In this document: positions 38,701-50,200 of the stretch, piece after piece
Layout of the letters: each line of letters opens with the position of its first letter
How positions within the stretch are numbered: the first letter of the stretch is position 1
Made by a program: the position numbers and the translations under genes
Origin: Monocercomonoides exilis PA203
Taxonomy: Eukaryota; Protista; Preaxostyla
DNA: 64,000 nt
Direction: 5' to 3'
NCBI GenBank assembly: GCA_001643675.2
Contig: LSRY02000020.1
Coordinates: 1,054,001 to 1,118,000, forward strand
The notes under the pieces: generated by a model
Told to the model about the DNA's origin: nothing
Seen by the model: only the letters and a program-made list of their open reading frames with translations
The model's database searches: none

Positions 38701-39457
38701 ATTATTTTTTAAAATTTATATATAATAATGGTGAGGGAAAAAACCCGCACAAGGGAAAAAACCCGCACACATGACATTTTCTTTAGAATTAATCAATCAA
38801 TTTCATATATGTGGAAGATTATTGCATTTTAAGTCTTCCATTAACTTCTTTTAGTCCAATATTTCGTATTTCAATAAAAAAATCAAAAACAAAAAATTTT
38901 GATCTTTTTTGATCTTTAGATCAATATTTTTTGTTTTTGATTTTTTTATTGAAATACGAAATATTGGACTAAAAGAAGTTAATGGAAGACTTAAAATGCA
39001 ATAATCTTCCACATATATGAAATTGATTGATTAATTCTAAAGAAAATGTCATGTGTGCGGGTTTTTTCCCTTGTGCGGGTTTTTTCCCTCACCATAAATT
39101 ATTGCAAAAACTTCTGAAGACTTTTCAAAGCACTATGGAAAAGATTTGTTGACAGCATCTGTAATATCTTTTCGTTTTTTGTATTTTGTCTGACGGTCAA
39201 TGACAAATTGTGACAAAAAAATTCCTCAACTGACATTTTATGTCAAATAAAATAAATATTGGGAACTTGATCACATAAATAAAAAATTTGATTTTTCCAA
39301 AATAATTAGAATCATTTTTTATCAATTTTCATATTAATTATTATTGTAATAAAGAATTATGAAATCGTTATTAATAACCCTTTTTGACAAAGCATAAATA
39401 TCTTATCAGTCATTTTGTCATTTTTTCAATTTTCTCTTGTAATATCACAGAGGTATA
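38596..39457. mobile_element. Non-autonomous family F element with hAT-like ends and 8-bp TSD, inserted in the hAT2 5' region
   Basis: TIRs CACACCTCTGTGAC / ATCACAGAGGTATA. TAATAAAG at 38588-38595 and at 39703-39710, which abuts the right TIR once the B2 MITE is removed. Contains a poly-A run (38644-38698) and foldback D. Confidence 0.85.
38729..39094. mobile_element. Near-perfect 366-bp foldback element (family D), TAA TSD
   Basis: 177-bp arms (38729-38905, 38918-39094) with one mismatch seen (38898) and a 12-nt loop. Tandem AGGGAAAAAACCCGCACA x2 near each end. TAA at 38726-38728 and 39095-39097. Confidence 0.95.
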
Positions 39458-39458
39458 T

Positions 39459-39699
39459 GTCTCAATTTTTTTGAAAAGTTCCTTTTGTTTAATTTTCACA
39501 TAAAGAAAAAAATTTCATATTTCGATCAAATTTCTGTTCCCACTCACGAAAATACACAAAAATGGAAATAATAACATTATCAAGATTTTGTTTTCATGAC
39601 AGTGAATGTTAATGAGTGGAAACAGAAATTTGATCGAAATTTGAAATTTTTTCTTAATTTGAAAATTAAACAAAAGGAACTTTTCAAAAAAATAAAGAC
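39459..39699. mobile_element. MITE family B2 (241 bp)
   Basis: TIRs GTCTCAATTTTTTTGAAAAGTTCCTTTTGTTTAATTTTCA / TGAAAATTAAACAAAAGGAACTTTTCAAAAAAATAAAGAC with a perfect ATAT TSD. Confidence 0.92.
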
Positions 39700-41241
39700 A
39701 TATAATAAAGTTTTTAATTTCAATTAAAAAACTTTTTTCAAAATTTGTATATTTATATGAAATAAGTATAAATGGAAAATTGTTACCATTCTAATGTGCA
39801 GTTATTCAATTTAAAAAATCACATTATTAAATGACGTAATTTTTTTCAATCGCTTCAGTCAAATTTCGTTTTTTTCCAAGTCAAAGTCAGTCAGTCACCC
39901 AGGCTTATGTGCAATACATTTACGAGTTACAGACAAATTTTCATTAAGATCTGAGTGTGACAATATCTTCAGATTATACCTTCATTTTTCAGTTACAAAA
40001 ATTCATAAAAATTTTTGAACCAAAAAATTTTACATCATCAAAGTTATCCTTTCAAAACCATATTATTCAAAACGAAGTTATCCTTCACCTATTTCAATAT
40101 TTCAATCTATTTTCCTTCAACAATAAAAAAACCAGAAGTCTCAAAACAATTAAAAATTTCTATTACAATTATTCAATCAAAAACCATTCCTCAGTCATAT
40201 ATACAAAAATATAAAGTTTTTTCCAAATTGTTGAAAAATAATTCAATTGAACTTCAAAACAAATATAATTATAAATTTTTTGTTAACTCAAAGAAACATA
40301 TTCTCAATAATTATCAAAAAAATTATTTCTAATAAAATCATTAATTAAAATTTCCATCTATTCCAAACTCTTTCAAAATTTTTATTTGCTTCCATTTTCA
40401 TTTTCTCGTCTTTCCACTTCTTGTTCATAAGTAATTTTAAATAACTTTCAAATGACTCATTCATAATCAATATTTTTTTCTTATCATAAATTCTAGATAT
40501 ATAATATATGTCTGTGATCTTTAAAATTCTTATGATATATATTTTTATATCAATTTTAGAATTCTTTTCAATATTAATATGAATTTGTTTTCAAAGTTTT
40601 GATTTTCAAGTAGTTTAGATAAATAAAGTTTGTTTTGATTTATATAATAACTTTTTCAAAATTTTTTGGATTTTGTTCAATTCACAATTATAAATGAATA
40701 AAGCAATTAAATTTTTTATCGAGGTTATAATACTCATTCAATCAATTCATTGTTGTTGAGATGAGATGGTATTATTTTTAAGAAAGTCTTGCAATAATGT
40801 TATTGGAAATGATTTTTAAAAACGATTAAGAAAAAGAAGAAATAAATGTGTTATTTTTGTTTAAAACAGATTTAATTTGAATAATAATTTTGAACAATTA
40901 AAAATGATGAAGTGTGGTTTTGAATTTTTAAAATTAATGTGTGAATGTTGAAAGTTGAAAGTTTTCAAAAAAATTAAGGTTTAGTAATATGTTAAAAGAT
41001 ATGGAAACATAAAGAGAATATATTATGTTTATGAATAAAAAATAATTGAAGAAAAAACAATGCAAATATTTTTTGATAGAATTCATGAGATAATGTCTAT
41101 TTTTTATCAAAATAATTCAAAATCATTTTGTATCTTCTTTGTTTGACTTTTAACTTCTTTAAGAAAACCTAAAAATCTATGAAATTTGATCAAAATGTAA
41201 TATGTTTATTTTGGAGTTAAGAGTTGGTTTAAATTTGTGCA

Positions 41242-44200
41242 ATGCGGTTAAATTTTTTGGAATTTGCGCTTTGTTACGTTGCAGTTGCTCAACTCATTCC
41301 GCTGAGCCATGAAAAAGCCACAATCAAGCTAAAAGAGCAGTTTTTGCAAGGTGTTCTTTTGACGAACAGTTCCTTGAAGAGCTCGAACTTGGTGCTCGAT
41401 GAAAGAGGATGTTCTGCAATTTTCTCGGTGGACAAGGACTCAAAGCTGCATTTGATGTGCATCACTTCGTTGAAGCCTGCGAGACTTTTCCATCCGTCTT
41501 GCGTGTCAAGCGGGCAGTGCTTTTTCGTTAATTTTTCAGTTGTCTTCGAGGCAGGTTGGAATCGCTCTGTTTGCAGTTTGGCGGGGCTTTCTGGTGGAGC
41601 CGGAAGGTCATCAGTTTTATTTTCTTCATTTAATTCTTTGGTTTTTTGCCCCTCGAAATCTTCTTCATTTGCCTGCGGAGGCATCGGAGATTTTGAGTCC
41701 GTTGAGGGATGCGCCTTTTCGAATGTCACAGCAAAAGAAGAGTCCATCAAGGAGCTGCAAATGGCAGACCATTTATCCACTGTTTACTCCTCTGTGCTTT
41801 ACAATAATACTTTTTTCCGTTGTGCAGACGTCTACTACGGAACTGTTGTGCACGGACTGTCTCCAAGCTCTCCGGCTTGTGATTTTCGATCATCTTTCGA
41901 CCGCTATATTCAATGCACTCATTCACAATCAACCGAAAAATCCTCAAAATTCCACATATCCCGAACTGACCGTATTACAATGGAAAAGCAGCATGGAATA
42001 TTTGAAAATGAGGAATGGATTGAATGCGTAGGACCACAAGGAGGAGCAATATATTTTAATGGATATTACATAACAAAAAATTGGGATCTTAATATCAGCA
42101 ATTCAGTTTTTGAAAAATGCCACTCAGATGATAAAGCAGGAGCAATTTTCATGTATAAGGTCTACAAACACAAATGCGTTAACTGCCACTTCTTTGGAAA
42201 CACTGCAAATTATGATCCGCAAGATATATACTTTGCAAATCCTGATAGTCATTATTCAATTGATAACTATGTATTTTCGAATTCATATTCAACAACAACA
42301 GGCTCTCGATTTGTTATCAATGGTAAAGGTGATTTTTCTAATTTTATTGCTGAAATGAGCAAGCAGAGGAAAATTAAGCCTTCTGGGGTTGATGGTTGGG
42401 GATGCGGATTGGGAACCCTTCCATGTCAGACAATCGTATATGCGTATTCAGCCATGAGAACAAAGTATGCTATGCCAATGCTTTGTGAAGAAGGCACATA
42501 CGCACCTCCCACTCTGACGATTTCAGAAAAGCCTCTGACATTAGCAGGCTCAGGAATGGACAAAACAACAATTGGAAACTCGGATGCAACTGAATCTATT
42601 TTTATGGTGAGCGGAAACAAATTGGTTGTTAAAAATTTGTGTTTTCTGCTTTCAAAAAAGAATTCGCGAATACTGAGAATGACAAGCGCCTCTTCATTAT
42701 CCTCGTCAGTTCACTCATCCAATGAACCAAATTCTTTTTATTCCTCAAATTCTGGTCAAAGCATTTGTCAGTTAGAGTTCATCAAAATCAATCAGACGGC
42801 AAACACAGAGCTGTCTGCAGCGCTGTTTTCGATTGAGTCTGGGCAGTTTTCTGTGACAAAGCTAACAGCTGTTAATATCCGGCTGTCGAACTCTGCCTTT
42901 TCCCTCTTTTTTTTCTCTTCTTGCGAAAATCCTTCAATCAGAGATTGTGTGTTCAATGGAATTACTGCACTGTCTTCTTTCACCTCAGCCTATTCTCCTA
43001 TTTTCACTCAGCGCAGCTCATCAAATGCAAAGCTTTCCCTTCAAAACTGCTCATTCAACAACATTATTTCTAATGATTGTGGAACTGGTGGATGTCTTGC
43101 ATTCAATGCGAAATTAACATCAAGCGATTCTTCAATTTCGAGTATTGCCTCTTCACTAAGCATTAGCAACTGTTCTTTCTGGTACTGCGCATCCAAGCCT
43201 GTAAACAGCAAAGGAGGTGCTATTTATGCCAATTACGGTCAATCAAAGCCAACAGCAGCAGATTTTTATGTGTTCAACACGAGTTTCAGCTCAAATCAGG
43301 CAACTTATGGAAGTGATTTGTATTTTGTGTGCTTTGACATTGAAGAATATGTTAGGAATGGGTCGATAAACTGGGCTTTAACAGCAGAATCTGAAAGTGG
43401 CGAACAAATGTCTATTTTTGGAGACGATTTCAATTATTTCCAAGGTGATCCAATTGACGCGATGATATTTCTGAAAGGTTATTTTGCAATGACTGTGTAT
43501 GCAGCATCTGGCTCAAACAGCATCGACAGAATTTTCTGTGGAGAAATCCGTCGCAAATGCTCCACTGTGAACTATGCACTCGGCAGATTGGCAAGTCCTT
43601 CTTCTTCTTCTTCTCTTTCAAATGGACAAAGAACTGTTTTTATTTCAGGTGCTTCGACAGTCACTTCTGGTGGCAATCTGTTAAACTCTGTATCAATTTC
43701 AGCTGAAGCTACGTCAGCAGCCAAGTATTCACTTTTATCATCATCTTCTGATCCTTCTGAACCATCTGGTCCTGTTAAAGCCAACCTTCGCATCCCATCT
43801 TCTGTTTCTGGTCAAAGCAGCTATATTTTTTACTCCTCGAGTGGTACATCATTGAATGAACTTGCTTTCTCAATGGCTCCATCAGTGGTTGATGAGGTTA
43901 AACATCTGCTTCAGTCGCTTATTTCTTTGCAAAATGGAATATTAACGTTAAGTGACTGCTCGTTTCAATGGGATGAATCATCATCGTCAAATTCTTATTC
44001 CTCTTCTCTCATTCTGATCTCATCTGAGCAAAGAGCAGATGCCAAGCTTGTTATCAGCCAATGCACCATCAGCCATTCTGCTCCATTGGCCATTTCTGCT
44101 CCCATCTTTGATCTGTCACAGGGTTCAGTCAGCTCCCAATTTACTTCTCTTCACATTCAGAATGTCACATCCTGCAGCCGAAGCTCAGCTGTCTTTGCAT

Positions 44201-47200
44201 TCAAGTCTATTTCTTCTTCTTCTTCTGATTCTTCTTCATCGTCTTCGGAAGCCAATCCACAGGCCTCGTTCACTCAGTGCGGCTTTGCCAGCATCAAAGG
44301 TAGCGAAGGCACAAATGCACTTTTTTCGACAAGTCAATTGATGACAGGCTCAGTTGTGCTTGAGCAGTGCAACTTGACAGATTGTGTGGGAACCAGTTCG
44401 ACTGAAGGAGGAGGGATGCGATGGGATGTGTGTGGTTCAGAAGAGATGAAGATGATCAATTGCAACATCAGCAGCTGTGCTGCGAAAGAGAGCGTTGGAA
44501 GCAGCAGAGGCAGCAATGAAGGCAGCAGCAAAGGCAAAGGAGGAGGCGTCTATCTGATTCTGAATGATTCTTCGAGTGACTTCCTTTTTGAGTCGTGCAC
44601 TTTCTCAGACAACCGGGCAGATGTGGGCAGAGATGTGTTCATTCAGTGCGAGAAGTTGTCGCAGGCAGCCGATTTGTCGAAATATGTGGATGTGTTTTCG
44701 AGTGCATTCGATGCAGAAAACTCGTTCTTTGGTGCTGAAAGTGCAACATTGTCGAATAATGCTGATCTGCTGGATGCGATGCGATACAGAAGCACAGTTG
44801 TGTTTGTGCGTGGGATTGCTCCTTCCTCTTCTTCTGCCGTCAATTTTGCCATCAATTCTGACCCATCTGCACCAACCAGCCAAACAGGAGTCAACTGGTT
44901 CCGCTGCGGTGCTTTGGATGCTCCATGTGAAACGATCGATTTCAGTCTGAAGCAAAAGGTAGCACCAAAAACAGAAGCAGCAGCGGATGAAGAAGAAGAT
45001 AAAATGCAGACAATAAAAGTGAAGGAGTCTTCGTTCATCAAAGAAGAAATTGATCTTTCTGACTCGATTTTGACATCTGCAGAAGAAAACGCAGAGTGCA
45101 AAGTGGATTTTGTTCAGTCGATTCCAAAGGCAACAGGAATTGCCGTCACAAACACAAAAACAATGGAAATCTCTCATGTTTCATTCAATGTTCCAACCTC
45201 ATTCACAAATGGCATGACGCTCCTGATTTCATCGCAAAGTGGAGCAGCATCGTTGGAATCATGCAATTTCTATTTGAATTCATCTTCTTCATTTGCCCAT
45301 TCAAATGGTGATGCTGATGATGCTGTTTCCTTCTCGTTTCCTCTTGTTGGGGTGTCTTCGGGTGTGCTGTCTGTTGCCTCATGCTGCTTCGGTTCAAACT
45401 CGGCAGTCAATTTTGGTGCGGCTGTGATGGAAATCAGCGACTCAGTCGACTTCACCTTTGACACAGCAACATTTCAGAATTTGTGTGTGCATTCTGATTG
45501 TCTCTTCAACGTTGTGCATTCAAACGAGCCTTCTCTGCTTCATTCGACCTCTGCTTCTGCTTCCACAAGAGCACAAGCAGAACATGCAGAAGGAGAAAGA
45601 GAAGGAGAAGGAGATGTTTCTGATGAAGACTTTTCAGAGTATTCATTCAAATTCCTGAACTGCACATTCAACTCGATCTCTTCAGTAACTTCAGTCTCTT
45701 CGGCTGATCAGACTGGAAAAGCGTCGCTTCTGTCGCCTGAACACACGGCGAGTGTTATTCTGTCCAACTGCTCTGTCTCCACATGTCTCTCTGAAGGATC
45801 CTTCGAAGGAGGAGTTCTTTGCCTGTCTGCCTCGTCTCAGGCGCCGTTCACTCTGAAGAAGAGCAGCATCAGCAGCTGTGCTTGCAACGCAGTCAGCGGA
45901 AAGGGCGGATTCTTGTTCCTCTGCTTGGACGGAAGAGATGCCAAATTCAACTTTGAAGAGCTGACTTTTTCTGGGAACGAAGCAAAAGTTGGGGAGAACA
46001 TGTTCCTCGCTTGCACAGAAATGAATGCTTCCATCAAAACTTCGAAGTTCAACTTTGATTTCTCTGATTTTGCAGGGAACATCAACGCCTTTGTTGGAAA
46101 CGACACCAAATATGGAAACACAGATTTGACAGTGTTTCTGTTTGCTTATTTGGGAAGCACAATCAATGTTGGCTCGGAAGGATTGGATTCGGTTGGGTGT
46201 GGTGCTCATGTTCCGTGCTTCTCATTTTGGACATCTATAAAGCATATTGACGCAGATGCTGGCAACAAGCGAATAATCATAACCTCATCAACAGACATCG
46301 AAGACGAACACGACATTTCTGGGCTGACAATATCATCGCAAAATGCTTTGGACTCACTTTCTGACTCGCCTTCGCCTTCTTCAACGCTTTCCATTCATTC
46401 CAAACTGAACAGTTTGAACAATTCACAAAAAGGTGTGCTTGTCAATTCTCGCAGTGCCACAATAGAAGATGTTATTATTTCGATTCCTTCGTCCTTTTTG
46501 GATGGGAATTCTGCTTCGATCAATGAGAACGTCCTGTTTGCGAGTGAATGTGACGATTCAACAGATTTTGGAAGGAGCGGGCTGAGTCTGACGAAATGCT
46601 CGTTTCAAAAGCAGACAGATGAATCTGTGAAGTTCAAGTTGGTTGCTGCAATGAAAGGGAAAGTGTGTTTGTGCGATGTGTGGGTGGAGGAGATGACATT
46701 CAGCTGCTCTGCTTTTGCATTCAGTTCAGGTGGCGTTTTGTGGTTTGAAGAATGCCATTTTGCATCAGTCAATTTGGAACAGAAATCTTTCATGGAAATG
46801 TTGGAGGCGGAAACACCAAAAAATGAAGGAGAGAAAGAAGGAGAAGATTCATCAACAGCTGTTCTTCTGTTGAACGCTTCATCCTTCAGCAGCATCAACA
46901 ATGGAGCATCGAATCCTTGTTCTTCGATATTCTCTCTTCAGAACAGCTACGAAATCGAAGTAGTTGGATGCACGTTCCAAACACTCGGCTCAGAAGGATG
47001 CAAAAAGGGAGGAGCGATGTCTTTTGAGCTGAAAGGGACAGATGGGCAACTGAAAATGAGCAATATGGGAGTGACAAACAGCATCTGCAGCAGTTCTGAA
47101 GGATGTGGGGGAGGAATCTATTTGACATGTGCAACAGACAACAATGACAGATATTCATTTTCAGAGATAAGTGTTGGAGGAAACAAGGCGCACCAGGGAA

Positions 47201-50200
47201 GAGACATGTTCATTGTGGCGAATGATCTGAGGAAGGATGTGAATTCTGAGTTGTTTGCATTTGCGACACAATTTGATGACAAAGCGAATGCGCTGATTGG
47301 GTTTGACAGGAGGTATTTCAACGAGGTGGTTGATCTGATGATTTTTGTGGAAGGCTTTGTGAGTGCATCTGTTCTGATTGAGGCGACAGCAGGGCAGAAT
47401 GAGGTGTTTTGTGGGAACAAATATGTTCCGTGCCAATCGCTTGACTATTCTGTCAATCGACTTGCAGAGAGCAGTGCAGATGTGCCACTTCGTGTAATCA
47501 CTGTGAAGTCGAATGGCTCGATCAAAAATGACATTTCACTCAACTCAGTCAATGTTGTGTCATTTGGCAGAGAAAACAGCGGGATTAACATCAGCGCCAA
47601 TGTTCAGTTTGCATCTGGAAGTGTTGTTTCATCCACAGCCGCTCTTTCGTTTTCTTCAATCGATTTTCATATTCCATCTGTTTTTGCTATTGAGACACCC
47701 GAAGGTGCTTCGTTGTTTTCCTCTTCGACAGAAACAGGAAACATCCAATTTTCATCTTGCTCTTTCATTATCACTTCTTCAGAATCACAAGATGTTTCAA
47801 GTTGCGTGCATTTGATCAGCGTTTTGGGTGGAGTTGTGCAGCTTTCTCAATGTCATGCTGATTCTGCCTCATTTTCTGTCGCGCCTTTTGTGATTTCGCA
47901 AACAGCTCAAGCTTCGTTCGAGGGAGTTAGCTTTACACAATTATCATTTTCATCTTGTTCACTTTTCAATCTGATTCCTTCAACACTAGATGCAAAAGAT
48001 GATTATTCGTCATCAGCCAATCAAGAATCTCGGCCAGCAGAAATAAGCTTCAAGAACTGTGAATTCACTTCTCTTCATGTGAGTGAGTATGACGAGCAGC
48101 CTTCTTTTGGGTCTGTTCAGCTTGAGACGCATCTGTTAATTGTGAACTGCTCTTTGGATTATTTGACATCTGCGTTGAGTGTGGAAGGCGGAGGAATGAG
48201 AATAGAACTTAGAACAGAAGGAAGCTTCTGTCTGAAGGGAGAAAATTCTGAGCAGATAAGTTCTGTTAGCCATTGCACTTGCTCGGAGTTTGTCGGAAAA
48301 GGAGGGTTTTTGTATCTGAGCTGCTGCAACTCGATCGATGGATTTTCTTTGTCTGACTTGGTATTTTCTGAGAATGAAGCATTTGTTGGGAGAAACGTGT
48401 TCATATTGAGCTCCGATTTGAATGCTTCTGTTGTCATTGAAAGGTTGATGTTTGATTGGACCGAATGGAAAAACACAAATGCTTTCTTTGGAGCAGACGA
48501 AGAGAACTTTACAGAAGGCATTTCTTTGAGTATGCTTCTCTTCAAATACACAAGTAATTCTGTTATTATCTCTTTAAATGGAAGGGATGTCATTGGATGT
48601 GGATCGGAATGGGTTCCTTGTCAATCATTTATTGAAGGAATGAGGCATTTCAGAGAAGGTGTCCAATTTAGAGAAATCAAAATCAACACAAGTGCTGCCA
48701 TTTCAGACGAGTGGGACCTTTCAAACAGCTCAATAAGCCCAGCTATTTCTTCTTCTCCTGGTTATTCTTCTTCTTCCTCTTCTGATGAGCCTTCCTCTGA
48801 TGAATGCACAATCAATGTGGGAAAAGCTATTCAATCTCTTTCTGAGCCTTCTGAGGCTGTGCTCACAAACAAGCTTGTGCTCACCTTCACCTCCATCAAC
48901 TTCTGCCTGCCTTCGTCTTTCGAAACACCACAAAAGGAACTTCTTTTCACTGAGACAGGAACAGCCACGCTTAGCAAATGCTCCTTTGCGATGCAGACAG
49001 CAGAAGAAGGCATTGCGTTTGTGCTTTTCCATGTTTCGTCTGGGACATTTTCGATTGAAGAGTCCAAAATGGCAGAGCTCTCCTTTGCAACGTCGGCCAT
49101 CCGACTTGCAGCACCCGCTGCACATTTTGTGGCAAGCGCGTTTTCTGTTGATGTTCTGAATTTTGTTGATGGACCGTTTATTTCTGTGGGAAATGTGGAA
49201 GAGAAGGAAAATGAGGAATCAATCTTATCAAGGAATGGCAAAGAAATGAAAGCGAGCAAAGAAGCGAGCGAAATCAGACTGGAGAATCTTCAGTGGCATC
49301 TCATCCACAGCACAAATGAGAATGCATCGATCATTTCTTATGAGAGCGCGCTGTCTATTGCGCTGACGATGGATAACTCTACATTCAGCAATTGCGATAG
49401 CCAATCTCTTCTAGGAGGAGCGTTTTTTGTATGGATGAAGGAAAGCTCGGACTCTTCGATTTGCAGCTGGGCAAATGAGGGATGTATGCAAGTTAATATA
49501 TCAACTTTTGAAGGGTGCGCATGTTCAACGACTGAGGGAAAAGGAGGCGCAATTGCATTGAATTGCTTGGACAATCCAGACAATTCAAATGTTCCTTCTT
49601 CAAGTACTGTGAAAGGTCTTCCAATTACTTTTCGGCTGATTCGGTTTTCTTTGAACAGAGCTAAAGTAGCGAATGATTTATTCATTATTTGTCGATCAAT
49701 CTCTGACCAAATCAATGAAACCCTATTTGTAATTGATTTCGAAGAACTGTCATTCGATAAGACTAATGCAATCTATTGCACTGATCAACTAAACAAAGCT
49801 CCTATTGATTTGGCTCCATTCATTGTGTTCTACAAATCAGAGCAAATATTTGTGTCTGCAGAAGAAGGGATAGACAATAAAGAATGTGGGAAAAGATCAG
49901 ATCCGTGTGCCACACTCAGCGAGTCTGTGCGGCATCTCAACGAAGGATCATCTCAAAAAGTGTTTGTAATGGGAAAAGCTAATGTTTCAGTTGAAACAAT
50001 CATTCATTCTGTGACAGTTCAGGCTGTTGGAGACACTCAGGCTATCGTTTTATTTGACTCGGAAATCACAAAATCAGATGAAAAATCGAATTATGTTGTA
50101 TCCTCTTCGCTGGAAAGCCAGTTATTGAAGATAAACATCGTATTTGGATCAGGGTTTGCTTCATCGCATCACTCTGTCTTTGGAGTGAGGAGCGGAAATC

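Larger units (their letters stand above)
35580..39907 (-). mobile_element. Second, more degenerate hAT element (hAT2): transposase pseudogene 35580-38491 plus 5' end
   Basis: Fragments collinear with hAT1 (HRYFMCP, IRSFCAD, IVTRWFSL, SPCSEACCERAISKMK). Upstream DNA is homologous to hAT1 15230-15490. Terminal GTCACCCAGGCTTA at 39894-39907. The other terminus was not found. Confidence 0.85.

Noticed and set aside
39960-41200. C-rich to G-rich skew switch upstream of the giant gene, suggesting an inverted repeat or origin
   Set aside because: No alignable arms found. Composition alone is insufficient.
41236-41243. TGTGCAAT identical to the hAT2 outer flank
   Set aside because: It lies on the wrong side of the element with no adjacent TIR. 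A chance 8-mer, also present near 18157.
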